A stretch of 63,792 nucleotides of DNA, counting the filler, from Reticulomyxa filosa (lineage: Eukaryota; Protista; Foraminifera), in assembly GCA_000512085.1 (NCBI GenBank). It is 22 parts of 22 records of this genome, joined end to end, with 100 filler letters (N's around TTAATTAATTAA, not from the genome) between each part and the next. Parts side by side here need not be neighbours in the genome. Positions count along the whole stretch, not along the records: positions 62,672 to 63,792 come from ASPP01014981.1; 21 more parts are not named here. The stretch is one strand, 5' to 3'. The notes below the pieces were generated by a model. The model saw only the letters and a program-made list of their open reading frames with translations, made no database searches and had not been told where the DNA came from. Positions 63,022-63,792 of this stretch are shown piece by piece; position 1 is the stretch's first letter, and the number at the start of each line of letters is the position of its first letter. The translations under genes were made by a program, and so were the position numbers.

Positions 63022-63546
63022 TGTTTTGCTTGATCGATTTTATATTATTTGCTTGCTCAAAGTAAAATAAAATTGATTTTGATGTTTGATAAGATTGTTT
63101 ATTAGAACCGGTTATTAGGGTTTTTTGTTCGAGTAAATTTTTAAACAAAACCCTGAAAAGCTGTTTTACGTGTGAGGGTAAATTCAAACTTCTATCTTTC
63201 GCATTGGCTTGGAAAATAAATACAAAATAATCTAAAAGTATACGGACTATCATGTTAGTGGTAGTGTATGTCAACTAAATTGTTTAAAAATCAGCACGTT
63301 ACAAAGAAGTACTGTTCAAGTGTGCAAAAGATAACGCCTAGTCATGTGTACGATTTTTTTATGTATGGGGCGCAGAAGACACACGAACATATAGTTTTGG
63401 ATGCAGCAAATGAGTAAAAGATAGTAGAAAGCGTGTTTACTTCGTTGAGCGAACGAAAGGGAAATAACACGAATAATATATCAAAAAAATTTCGGAAGGA
63501 ATCTTTTAGCCAGCAGCATCGTGTGAAGCACTAAAGAGGAGGAAAA

Positions 63547-63792
63547 ATGTCGAGCTCAGACATGCAAGATATGGAAGATGAAGTGAAGAACGTCCTGACA
63601 GAGATAAAAGCTCTAATTGCGCGAATAACAAAAAGCATAGGAAGCGACGGGGACTTTGAGGTGGTGAGCGACAAAATCGATTTTGCCAAAAGCAAAATCC
63701 GTACGATGGAGCTGCAAAAGCGTAGTCTGGACTCACAAGAAGCGCGCAAGTGGTCCCCTGTGATCAAGGAGTTGCAAGACAGTGTGAAGGAT
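63547..63792 (+). CDS. Probable Qb-SNARE (Vti1/NPSN-like) N-terminal three-helix domain, runs off the window
   Basis: Manual translation MSSSDMQDMEDEVKNVLTEIKALIARITKSIGSDGDFEVVSDKIDFAKSKIRTMELQKRSLDSQEARKWSPVIKELQDSVKD; MEL..RSL...RKW pattern of Vti1-like Habc domains. Confidence 0.6.
   Translation, partial: MSSSDMQDMEDEVKNVLTEIKALIARITKSIGSDGDFEVVSDKIDFAKSKIRTMELQKRSLDSQEARKWSPVIKELQDSVKD

Noticed and set aside
1-63792. Operon-like or gene-cluster interpretation of neighbouring genes; tRNA/rRNA genes
   Set aside because: Neighbours lie on different contigs, so adjacency is arbitrary. No tRNA or rRNA signature was recognised by eye; tRNAscan-SE and Infernal were not run.

Overview
This window is not one locus. 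It is 22 short contigs of an AT-rich, intron-rich eukaryotic draft genome joined by 21 artificial 100-nt linkers (N44-TTAATTAATTAA-N44), so gene order across linkers means nothing. The gene-family style (expanded, often broken WD40 and 42-aa TPR families, poly-Asn tracts, homopolymer-rich short introns) resembles the foraminiferan Reticulomyxa filosa; this is an inference, not a database result. Recognisable genes, mostly partial: phosphopantothenate-cysteine ligase, a plant-type membrane metallophosphoesterase, M18 aspartyl aminopeptidase, a TRP-like channel, a divergent actin-related protein, a MaoC hydratase with a PTS2 signal, a multi-cold-shock-domain protein, eIF3f, clathrin heavy chain, an NDR kinase, an RsfS/MALSU1-like protein, an hnRNP F/H-like protein, a ProP-like MFS transporter, a Qb-SNARE N-terminus and two decayed CRE-type non-LTR retrotransposon fragments. 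The stand-out is contig 22119-24992. It carries a ~630-bp nested palindrome built from eight copies of a 20-bp bipartite motif (RRGWCCT-N8-GTCTC) arranged as four convergent pairs around AT-rich spacers. Beside it, pointing away, is a spliced gene with N-terminal SUMO-interacting-like motifs and a RING finger, whose stop codon follows a G_GAT_TTT slippery heptamer with a 162-codon -1 frame behind it. This looks like an origin plus regulator cassette of an undescribed nuclear DNA virus or episomal/mobile element. No hallmark viral gene is on the contig, so this remains a hypothesis. Many single-base frameshifts in conserved genes are probably sequencing errors.
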